Below, piece after piece: positions 1-8,804 of a stretch of DNA of 19,579 nucleotides. The stretch is from the NCBI RefSeq assembly GCF_006345805.1, contig NW_021824174.1, positions 1 through 19,579 on the forward strand, given 5' to 3'. The notes under the pieces are model-generated. The model searched no databases. It was not told where the DNA came from and saw only the letters and a list, made by a program, of their open reading frames with translations. Made by a program: the position numbers and the translations under genes. The DNA comes from Octopus sinensis. Its lineage: Eukaryota. Position 1 is the stretch's first letter. Each line of letters opens with the position of its first letter.

Positions 1-84
1 TTTCTTTATTCAAACATAGTCCATTTCCATTTAAAACTACTTTCCTTATCTAATGTGTCTTCCCTTCAGCTTTTGAAATCGATA

Positions 85-390
85 GGGTGTGATTTAAAGG
101 AAGCTTAACTGCTCTCTTTAGCAGATCGAACGACTATTTAGAGACTCTTCTTTATTGGTTAGTGTTTAGGCCCAGATCAGCCCAGATTAAGCACGCGCAC
201 ATACACACACACAAACATAGCATACATGCACAGACACACACACACTCTCTCATACACACGCACACACAGTAATATATGTACGACGGGATTCTTTCAGTTT
301 CCATCTACCAAATCTGAACTCACAAGTTGGGAGTAATTCGAGAAAAATTGGTCGTTATTTCTGGCAGGTTGAGCGACCAAGTAGAGGTTC
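85..390 (+). repeat. Two diverged copies (85-147, 346-390) of a short repeat-tail module containing GCTATTTYTAGCA-GRTYGARCGAC
   Basis: ctgctctctttagcagatcgaacgactatttagag versus gtcgttatttctggcaggttgagcgaccaagtagag, about 243 bp apart. Confidence 0.5.
196..326 (-). mobile_element. SINE family A fragment with (CA)n
   Basis: Reverse complement of 278-326 matches GTGAGTGGATTTGGTAGATGGAAACTGAAAGAAGCGCGTCGTA in the full copy at 15742-16174. Confidence 0.75.
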
Positions 391-615
391 TTTCCTAGAC
401 TCGTGCTGGTGTAAATGTAATCTGTAGCCGCAATCATTATTGTCATCGTAATAGTCAAAGTACCGTCCCTCGTTCAATATCCACTGTCACCGCTGCTCTG
501 TCCATTGTCAAAAACCGTCTTTAAGCTTCATCTCACAAGATCAATGCTCCCTATTTCAAACACGTGCCGTGAGGTTATTACAGTTTACCATTTGAAACAG
601 TACTGCCAGTGTATG

Positions 616-1140
616 ATAAACAAGGGTAATTAACATATGTATAATTAACCATAATTTAATTAGTCTCTGTATAATTAAGGCAGCTAGTTAACCATTGTTT
701 AATTAATAGTTATTTAATTAAAGAATTAACCTCGGTTAGAATTGAATTAAGTATGGTATAATTAAGGTAGGTGATTAACCAGTATATAATTAACACCTGA
801 AAGTTAACCACTGTAAAATTAACTATTATTTAATTAAGGAATGTAATTAGTTACTTTATAAGTAACCACTGCCGAATTAACACTATAATTAACTTCTAAT
901 ATTAATTATTGTATATTTGTAAGATTAGGTATCGTATAATTAAAGTCAAAAATACTTCATAATCAACCATCGTATTATTAATGACGGTAATTAACCACAA
1001 AAATCGTATAATTGCGTATGGAAAATAATTAACGAGAGTATAATTAATTATTGTATAACTAAGGAAGATTATTAACTTTCGAATAGTTAAACCATATGTA
1101 ATTAACGAAAGTAATTAAACACTTTCTAATTAATCATTAC
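616..1140. repeat. Cryptic AT-rich degenerate repeat rich in TAATTA/TTAACC
   Basis: About 20 TAATTA hexamers by manual count; recurring GTATAATTAAGGnAGnTRnTTAACCA (~669, ~757, ~1053) and GTTAACCAYTGT...TATTTAATTAARGAAT (~687, ~803). Confidence 0.7.
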
Positions 1141-1280
1141 CAGCAGTGACCATGAAAATTCTTTGGTTATTTTGAAAACTATGGTAGTTTATAAAGAACC
1201 ATGAATTGAGAAGTTTCTCTCGAAATTGTATTTTCTTCTGAAACGTTTGATTCTTGGGATGCTAAAAGCTGCCATCTTGA

Positions 1281-1495
1281 GTCGAACAGACTCATAAGGG
1301 CCGGTTTCCCGGTTTCATGACGTACCGGAGCGCCGGTCCGTCGCAGGATAACTAATTTTTGCCAGCTGAGTGGACTGGAGCAACGTGAAATGAAGTGTTT
1401 TGCTCAAGAACACAACGCGTCGCCCGGTCCAGGAATCGAAACCACAATCTTACGATCATGAGTCCAACACCCTAACCGCTAAGCCGCGCGCTCCC
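1281..1495 (-). mobile_element. tRNA-derived SINE family C (CORE-like central domain)
   Basis: Minus strand reads GGGAGCGCGCGGCTTAGCGG (A box) ... GGTTTCGATTCC (B box) ... TTGTGTTCTTGAGCAAAACACTTCATTTCACGTTGCTCCAGTCCACTCAGCTGG; homologous to 5592-5836 and 9345-9486. Confidence 0.85.
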
Positions 1496-1626
1496 ACATT
1501 CTTGAGATGATGTAAAGTCCACATAGGTAGCACGAAAGGTGCAGTCTTAGGGGAGAACATTTTTGAAAACTATACATTGAGAAGCGATATCTATAATTTT
1601 CAGTACAAGAAGTAAATAATCTTTCT

Positions 1627-1792
1627 TATGGAACGAAATCGAAGACAATCCATCGATAATATTGTTCCTATGGAACGAAATCAAGGACAATCCACTGATA
1701 ATATTGTTCATATGGAACGAAATCGAAGACAATCCACTGATTATATTGTTCCTATGAAATGAAATCGAAGACAATCCATCGATAATATTGTT
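1627..1792. repeat. 42-bp minisatellite, about 4 head-to-tail copies
   Basis: Unit TATGGAACGAAATCGAAGACAATCCATCGATAATATTGTTCC starts at 1627, 1669, 1711 and 1753; explains the 14-aa repeat in ORF 1547-1774. Confidence 0.95.
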
Positions 1793-1898
1793 ATGTTATA
1801 GTACATCTACGTAGGTAGTCTTTTGGTAAATCTTAACACCTTGGTCTACATCCTTCTTTTATGTATCAGTTGAGAACGCATACAGCTGGAGATGAAAC

Positions 1899-2307
1899 GA
1901 TGATCTGTGTAGTTAAGAAGCTAGCTTTGCAACCACATGGTTTTAGGTTCAGTCCCCTTGTGCGGCACCTTGGACAAACGTCTTTTACTATAGTCCTAGG
2001 CCAACCAAAGTCTTGCAGGTTCGGCAATCGGAAACTGTAGAAGCCCGTTGTATATGTGTGAGTGTGTATATGTGAGTCATTTTTTTTTTGTTGCGTTTAT
2101 GACCAACCAACACTTGATAACTGGCGTTGGTTTGTATATACACCCCAGCCCCGTAACGTAGCGTTTAGAAAATTAGAAACATAAAGTAATTTCCCCGACT
2201 TCTAAATAAGTAGCAAGGTCGATATGTTCCATCAAACCCTTCAAGGCGGTGCTCCAGCATGGCCGCAGTCCAATGACTGAAACAAGTAAAATATATAAGA
2301 TAAAAGA
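1899..2307 (+). mobile_element. SINE family A, diverged near-full copy
   Basis: Head ...ACCACATGGTTTTAGGTTCAGTCCCC..., short internal TA/TG tract, and tail AAGGCGGTGCTCCAGCATGGCCGCAGTCCAATGACTGAAACAAGTAAAA, colinear with 15742-16174. Confidence 0.85.
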
Positions 2308-2367
2308 AAAACTCAATTATATCTGCTTACAGAGTAGTATACGTCTTAGCATGTACGACATATAAGT

Positions 2368-2553
2368 CTTTTCTACTTTAGGCACAAGGCCCGAAATTTT
2401 TGGGGAGGGGCCAGTCGATTAGATCGGCTCCAGTACGCAACTGGTACTTAGTTTATCGAATTCGGAAGGATGAAAGGCAAAGTCGACCGCGGCGGAATTT
2501 GAACTCAGAACGTAAAGACAGACGAATCACCACTAAGCATTTCGCCCGGCGTG
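2368..2553 (-). mobile_element. SINE family B monomer with tail type 1 (CCCAAAATTTCGGGCCTTGTGCC)
   Basis: Reverse complement matches 10280-10515 over the head and GAGTTCAAATTCCGCC...GTCGACTTTGCCTTTCATCC. Confidence 0.85.
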
Positions 2554-2723
2554 ATATACGACACATAATTGAAATCATTTATTCAATTGTTGTTGTTGTT
2601 GTTGTCATAAGAATTTCGGAAGTTCGAAAACGTGAAATAATTGTCTTTAGGAACAGTGAATCTCGAAACAGATTAAGCTACAAATAACAGCATGTAAATA
2701 TTGGATTAAAAACATCTTTGCTT

Positions 2724-2966
2724 AGAAAGTGTTCGAAAGCTGCCTGTTGGACTCGAACCCGTACCTCCTTAATAAAAATAATATAAAAGTTGTATCTAAC
2801 ATTATTCGATATTCCTTCATAATTCAAGCATAAGATTAAGATAGAAAGTGTCGAAAGCTGCTAGTTGGACTCGAACCTCTATCTCCTCCTTAATGTAAAT
2901 AATGTAAAAGTAGTATCTGTAATAGATACGTTATTCGATATTGTTTCATAATTCAGGCATTAGATT
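2724..2966. repeat. Tandem duplication of about 119 bp; each unit carries a minus-strand B-box-like GGTTCGAGTCC
   Basis: AGAAAGTG(T)TCGAAAGCTGC..GTTGGACTCGAACC...TTATTCGATATT..TTCATAATTCA.GCAT.AGATT at 2724 and 2843. Confidence 0.8.
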
Positions 2967-3429
2967 CGTAGACCGTAACCGAATAATATTATAGATATAA
3001 TTAACGACCAATAAGCTGGTGCATTCTAGATACGTGATAAACTCCCGGAAAATAGCTTTTTTTTATGATCCGGTTACGAGCCGTTTCACACAATTCGATT
3101 GTCATTCTCTTCTGTCTGATTTAGTTAATTGACACCTAGCGGCGGTAATGTAACCCGTTGATTGCTTGGAATATAACACAATTAAAAATAAAGATTCAGT
3201 CTTCAGTAGTGCAATAATTTCCTTTATTAAAACACAGTTTATGAAACTAATTAATCACAATATAATTTAACGATGTCTGTAGATATAATTGGCCTCTATT
3301 ACTTTTGAGAAATGCAGAAAAAGTATAAAAAGCTCAGTCTAACATTCTTTATGAACATCCAGTTGAGGTTTTGTTTACAGTCTCTCCGGGTGTCTGACGA
3401 TCTCGTGCTGTTTTCAATAGAGAAACGAC

Positions 3430-3463
<34 letters not shown>

Positions 3464-3848
3464 GTTTCTATTATAGGTACAAGGCCTGAAAATTTTTGGG
3501 AAGGGACTAGTCGATTACATCGACACCAGTATTTCACTGGTACTTAATTTATCGACCCCGAAAGAATGAAAGGCAAAGTCGACCTCGGCGGAATTTGAAT
3601 TCAGTACGTAGCGGCAGACGAAATACCCATTTCTTTATTACCCACATGGGGCTAAACACAGAGGGGACGAACAAACGGATTAAGTCGATTATATCGACCC
3701 CAGTGCGTAACTGGTACTTATTTAATCGACCCCGAAAGGATGAAAGGCAAAGTCAACCTCGGCGGAATTTGAACTCAGAACGTAGCGGCAGACGAAATTA
3801 CTGCTAAGCATTTCGCCCGGCGTGCTAACGATTCTGCCAGCTCACCGC
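3464..3848 (-). mobile_element. SINE family B dimer (headed unit plus headless second unit), abutting (AAT)n at 3430-3463
   Basis: CGTAGCGGCAGACGAAAT at 3607 and 3781 (174-bp period); head GCGGTGAGCTGGCAGAATCGTTAGCACGCCGGGCG on the minus strand. Confidence 0.9.
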
Positions 3849-3849
3849 T

Positions 3850-3891
<42 letters not shown>

Positions 3892-4069
3892 GGACGATGA
3901 TGATGATGATGATGATATGATGATGATGATGATTGAGGATGATGAGGATGATGATAATGATGATAATAATAATAATAATAATAATAATAATATAATAATA
4001 ATAATATAATAATAATAATAATAAGAAGAAGAAGAAGAAGAGAAGAAGAAGAAGAAGAAGAAGAAGAAA
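3850..4069. repeat. Compound trinucleotide microsatellite (GAT)n to (AAT)n to (AAG)n
   Basis: Directly visible; source of the poly-S/I/L/Y/F ORF 3775-4329. Confidence 0.95.
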
Positions 4070-4560
4070 GAATACGATGGCCGGCGACCAGATGTCGTTG
4101 TACTAGATGAAGGAAGAAAGGAAACCAAGATTATAGATATTGCAATACCTGGGGATGCAGGCATAAGTGACAAAGAACTAGAAAAGATGGAAAAGTACAG
4201 ACTACTAAAAGACGAAATTGCAAGAATGTGGCCTATGAGGACAGCGTCTGTCATTCCAGTAGTTGTAGTTGTACTCGGACCTCTAACAACCAATTTCGAG
4301 AAATATGTCAGAGAAATCGGAATTGACATGAGAGCAGAGAAAGCCCCCCAAAACTGCTCTGCTAGGGACAGCTAGGATTTTGAGATTGGTATTTGGCTGT
4401 TCAATGTCTCCTACGATAATTAACAAACAATAAGTATCAAAAAGTATCAAGTGTGCGAAAGGAGACCCTGTGGGACCCCTGACAGCAGGCTGCTGCCCGC
4501 TCTTACAGAATCTACCAAGACTTGCAGAATAAACAAGAACGAGTGTTCTGAGAAGTAAAA
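4070..4560 (+). mobile_element. 5'-truncated R4/Dong-like non-LTR retrotransposon: restriction-like endonuclease (RLE) C-terminus plus 3' UTR
   Basis: Frame from 4070 reads EYDGRRPDVVVLDEGRKETKIIDIAIPGDAGISDKELEKMEKYRLLKDEIARMWPMRTASVIPVVVVVLGPL, i.e. the PD...D...EKxxKY RLE motif. After a +1 shift in the C6 run (4344-4349) it continues KTALLGTARILRLVFGC. Confidence 0.85.
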
Positions 4561-4642
4561 CAACAACAACAACAGCAACAATAACAACTACAACAAAACA
4601 ATAACAGCAAGAAGAAGAAGAAGAAGAAGAAGAAGAAGAAGA
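4560..4642. repeat. Degenerate (CAA)n tail followed by (AAG)n
   Basis: Directly visible downstream of the RLE fragment. Confidence 0.9.
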
Positions 4643-4797
4643 GTGCAGCTGTTATCGAACGAACAATATTTGGACACTTCGTGTGTTTCCCTTAAATATT
4701 ACCAGAATGAAGTAGACTGAGACGATTATTTTGAACGTGCGGAAGACACACGAAGTGTCGAAATATTGTTTGTTCGATAACAGTCGCACTCTTCTTC
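4635..4797. mobile_element. Fold-back element: 57-bp inverted arms (4635-4691 / 4741-4797) with a 49-bp spacer; Penelope-like terminus or MITE
   Basis: GAAGAAGAGTGCAGCTGTTATCGAACGAACAATATTTGGACACTTCGTGTGTTTCCC versus the right-arm reverse complement GAAGAAGAGTGCGACTGTTATCGAACAAACAATATTTCGACACTTCGTGTGTCTTCC. The inverted repeat is certain; the class is inferred. Confidence 0.7.
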
Positions 4798-5034
4798 ATC
4801 TCATATAGATTTGCCATACAGGCATTACAAACAGGGGACAAACAAGGACAGACAAACATAAAGGGTGAAGAAGCTTTTACGTTTTAAAAATGTCAAATCA
4901 ATCGGATGAAAAAATGAATCGATGAAATATGCAATAAAAAATTTAAATTTTGAATAAGTCATTGCGTTCCGCAATGAGGAGCCTTGAAAAAAAGGCACCC
5001 GGCCATCTGGGTAGAACCTTTACTTTTTAAATCC

Positions 5035-5580
5035 GACCTCACTCACCTGGTGCCAATCGTACCCAGCTTGCTCACCACAGGCTTCCATCTTTTCATAAAT
5101 ATATCTCATGACAGACATTTCTTCTCCAGCCTGATCTTACTACCGAGGTGGCAACTAAAAAAGTTAACTGACCTCTGACCGGAGACAAAAATACCTGTTA
5201 CTATACCTTTCGTATGCGTCTTCCATACTGTTTCTTTCAGTATGGCTACTACGCAGAGAAAACAAGCCTTCCTTTCCCTGATAGAAAACAAGCCTTCCTT
5301 TCCCTGATAGAAAACAAGCCTTCCTTTCGATGATAGACTCAGCTGATAGCTGTGCTCTTTTCATCACTGACAATAGTTGTTCGATAAAAGCTATCCGCCC
5401 CGATGACTCCACGAATGCGTGCAAGACGGTTTCCCTATCTTGCCCACATCTATATTATTCAGGTACCCCGGCCCGATACGTTCTCCTCAACAGGTTGACC
5501 AACTGATTTTCATCGTAGCCAAGGGTCTCTCCCAAGGCGTCTTCTGACATAGATTCCACTAGCCTGCTATAGAAAACCTG
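5035..5580 (-). pseudogene. Decayed L1/Tx1-clade ORF2 C-terminus with zinc-knuckle region
   Basis: Minus strand reads VFYSRLVESMSEDALGETLGYDENQLVNLLRRTY...*YRCGQDRETVLHAFVES...ERKACFLCVVAILKETVWKTHTKG...KIRLEKKCLS*DIFMKRW. The degenerate CxxC-ETxxH knuckle and the terminal FxxRW are typical of Tx1/L1 ORF2. Confidence 0.7.
5257..5334. repeat. 26-bp unit x3 inside the Tx1 fragment
   Basis: AGAAAACAAGCCTTCCTTTCCCTGAT at 5257, 5283 and 5309. Confidence 0.95.
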
Positions 5581-5591
5581 TTTGTGAACTT

Positions 5592-5836
5592 AACATGCAA
5601 GTGACAGAGTAATCCGTAGGCACGTGTACTCTTGGCATAGTTCTCAGAGCGATGTGACGAACAAGTGACAAGGCTGGCTCGTTCAAATGCAGTAAAAAAT
5701 CATTTTTGCCAGCTGAGTGGATTGGAGCAAGGTGAGATGAAGTGTCTTGCTCAAGGAAACAATGCGCCGCCGAGAATTGAACTCACTACGTTACGATCGG
5801 GATCCGAATAACCTAACTACTTAGTCACACGCCTTA
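5592..5836 (-). mobile_element. SINE family C with a different 3' tail
   Basis: TTTTTGCCAGCTGAGTGGATTGGAGCAAGGTGAGATGAAGTGTCTTGCTCAAGG matches 1357-1410; tRNA-like head ends near 5836. Confidence 0.8.
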
Positions 5837-5837
5837 A

Positions 5838-5889
5838 TACACACATACATACACACACACACACACACCCAAACACACAATCACACACA

Positions 5890-5920
<31 letters not shown>

Positions 5921-5934
5921 TACACGCATATACA
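5838..5934. repeat. (CA)n microsatellite
   Basis: Directly visible. Confidence 0.95.
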
Positions 5935-6099
5935 TAATTTGTTGTAAATCAGTTCGATATGTCTACCTTGAGGTATATGGTGATAATAGAGCTCCACGTG
6001 CATTTAACGATAAGTTCACACGCTCGGCGTTACGAAAGTAGTCGCCATGATTAATTTACGAGTTCAACGACTCAGAAATCACACAAAACAAACAAATAT

Positions 6100-6890
6100 A
6101 TGATCCGGTTCTTGACTGAAGATTGAAGGCTTCGAATGTCCCGTCCGTGTTTTTTGTGTCGTCATCAAAATGTTTTGCGTTCTTGTCCCAGTTTGTATTT
6201 TTTATACATATATATATAGCGACGTACGTACCCTCTCTCTAAACTCGGTACGACTCAACACTATCTCTCTCCCCTTCTCCTACATTCCTTTGCCTTTCTT
6301 TGCACTTCACTTTGTCTCTGTCCCTTTTTTCTCTCTCTCTCTTCTCCTCTTCCTTAATCCATTGTTCCTCTATTCTCTCTCTTCTCCCCCTCCTTGATTC
6401 CCCTGTTCCTCTTTTCCTCTCTCTTCTCTTCACGCATGACTGACTGACCGACTTGCTGGCCTTTTGGGTCTAGCAGCCGTCGGGGTAACACCAACATTTT
6501 TTTCTCTCTGCCCCAAGGCACATTCCTAACACGCTAGCTGAGGTTAATTTGTCCAAGTCGAAAGACGCCTGTTCGTGATGTCCTGTTATTGTTATTAATA
6601 TTATAATTATTGTTTTTACGTATTATTTTTGTATTCATATTCGTGTAACATCGTCCGTTTTTCTGTCCTTGTTTTGTATACATTCGAAGCTTTCTTCCAA
6701 GGAATCTAATGCGCTTAGCTTAGTTTTTCCTTGGGCTTGGCCAGATTGGAGCAATCTCAAGATTAATCAGCCGAAATTGCGAGGATGATCCGGTTCTTGA
6801 CTGAAGATTGAAGTCTTCGAATGTCCCGTCCGTGTTTTTTGTGTCGTCATCAAATTGTTTTGCGTTCTTGTCCCAGTTTGTATTTTTTAT

Positions 6891-6893
<3 letters not shown>
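6100..6893. mobile_element. Unclassified element with 109-bp direct repeats (6100-6208 and 6785-6893; 685-bp period) and an internal CT-rich tract
   Basis: ATGATCCGGTTCTTGACTGAAGATTGAAG(G/T)CTTCGAATGTCC...TTTTTTATACA repeated with 2 mismatches; both copies end in a microsatellite. Confidence 0.7.
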
Positions 6894-6923
<30 letters not shown>

Positions 6924-7290
6924 CACATACATATACATATATATATATACATATATATATATGTATATATATATATTTATATGTAATATATAGTATATAT
7001 TATATAAGTATATTAATATATATATGTATCTATATATATAATATATATATGTATATATAAACGTATGTTATAATATACATATGTATGTATATGTATATAT
7101 GTATATATGTATATATATGTATATATGTATATATATGTATATGTATATATATGTGGTATATATATATATATGTATATTAATTATGTATATATATAGTATA
7201 TATATGTATATATATATATATGGATAGACGGTAAGATAGATAGATCAATGTTTTCAACTGAATATGCATATTCAATTCAATCTCCCTATT

Positions 7291-7343
<53 letters not shown>

Positions 7344-7645
7344 AACATGCATATATGTATGTGTGTGTATGAGTACATGTATGCACACACATAAATACAT
7401 ATGTATATCTATCTATCTACTTATCTATCGCTTTCTCCCTTCCTGTCTCTCTGTATACGCATGTGTTTGAGTGTGTGTGTATATATATATGTATATATAC
7501 ATACACACACACACTCACACCCACCCACACACACATACATACACATGTATGTATGTACGTCTGCGCATATGTATTTAAATATGTATGTACGTATGCCCAT
7601 CCGTCCATACGTACATATACGTATCTACGTACACATATACACATA
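6890..7645. repeat. Long compound (TA)n/(TATG)n/(CA)n microsatellite field
   Basis: Directly visible; source of the YIYI/CVCV ORFs. Confidence 0.95.
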
Positions 7646-8447
7646 CTCATATCGTGTTATTTCTCCATTTCTATCTCTGTAATGCGACAAACTAATGGCG
7701 GTATAGCACAGCAATATCAATTAACAAAATTACATTATGTTATTGATACATGGACTAATTACTATTGGTCGGTTTACTGTTATCGATCTGTCTATTAACT
7801 ATTGTTACATTCATCATTATTTTGGGTGTACTGATTTTCCAAATTTTACAATTTTTTTTGGTCAATTTTCGTTCATTTTTATGATTGTTTTTTTTTTCTA
7901 ATGAATTTTATTATTTTATATCATTTATTATTGTATATTATTTAAAAAATTTTATTTTATCATTTTTTTATAGTTTTTTTTTTCTTTTACAATTGTTCAG
8001 TTGTTTTTATTTGGGTTTTGTCTTCACGCAACTACTCTGTGATCTTGTAAATTTGTGATGTTTCAATTTTGTGATCTTGCAAATTGTATTTTGATCTTGT
8101 AAAGATGTGTTTAACTCATAAATGACAAAGGGTGATCTTAATAACAACGTTCATTATTATACCAACATTGTTGAGTTGTTGTGTTGTTGTGTACGTCTCT
8201 ACACAGCATGCCGTGTCAACGTTAGGCCACTGTTACACCTTGTCAGCCATTGTGCATTCACTTTAAATTATGCATCTTTTCATAGGAATACTTGTTTCCG
8301 TAATATTTTTTCCTCGTCAGTGTTTTATTTTTTCTCTTTTATTTTTTATTATTTATTTTTGTATTTTTTGTTTCTGCAGTGTATTGACAGAATCGGCAAA
8401 GCAGCAGCAGACAAAGTGATTTATTCTTTTAAATTGTTGCTGTCAGT

Positions 8448-8650
8448 AGCCTGCGGCCAAGCTGGGGCATCTGTTTGAAAGATTTAATCGATCAAGTCAA
8501 CCCCTGTACTTATTTTTAAGCCAGGTATCAATTCTATTCCGTCGCTCTTTGCCGAACTACTAAGTTACGGGCACATAAACAAACCAACACCAGTTGGAAA
8601 GTGGTGGGGCCGGGACAAAGAGAAACACAAAGGCACGAAGGCACATATAT
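8448..8650 (-). mobile_element. SINE family A 3' half, diverged, followed by (TATG)/(TACA)/(TA) tract to 8806
   Basis: GCCTGCGGCCAAGCTGGGGCA and TTGCCGAACTACTAAGTTACGGG are reverse complements of the family A tail at 16000-16145. Confidence 0.75.
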
Positions 8651-8804
8651 ATGTATATATCTACATATGTATGTATGTATGAATGTATGTATGTGTGTAT
8701 GTATGTAATATACATGTACATACATACATACATACTACATACATACATACATATATATATATATATATTAATAATATATATAATATATATATATATATAT
8801 ATAC

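Noticed and set aside
1627-1792. CRISPR-like array
   Set aside because: Units are contiguous head-to-tail with no unique spacers, there are no cas genes, and the context is eukaryotic
3391-3430. Hammerhead-like CTGACGA...GAAACGAC
   Set aside because: U16.1 is missing, stem II is only 3 bp, and stem I does not form in register
3775-4329. 184-aa low-complexity ORF and the YIYI/CVCV/HTYI ORFs across 6720-8845, 12891-13243 and 17897-18408
   Set aside because: Translations of microsatellites or antisense to the RLE fragment
4959-4977. 8-bp hairpin TCATTGCG-ttc-CGCAATGA as a Helitron end
   Set aside because: No CTRR terminus at the right spacing on either strand; may be chance or a LINE 3' UTR stem
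6536-6575. CTGAGGT...GAAAGAC hammerhead-like string
   Set aside because: A9 is substituted, stem II is weak, and there is no valid NUH site
6101-6893. TRIM/LTR retrotransposon (TG...CA repeats)
   Set aside because: Flanks ATATA versus CACAC give no TSD; no PBS or PPT adjacent to the repeats on either strand
8285-8325. Minus-strand CTGACGA...GAAA
   Set aside because: No stem II or stem I pairing
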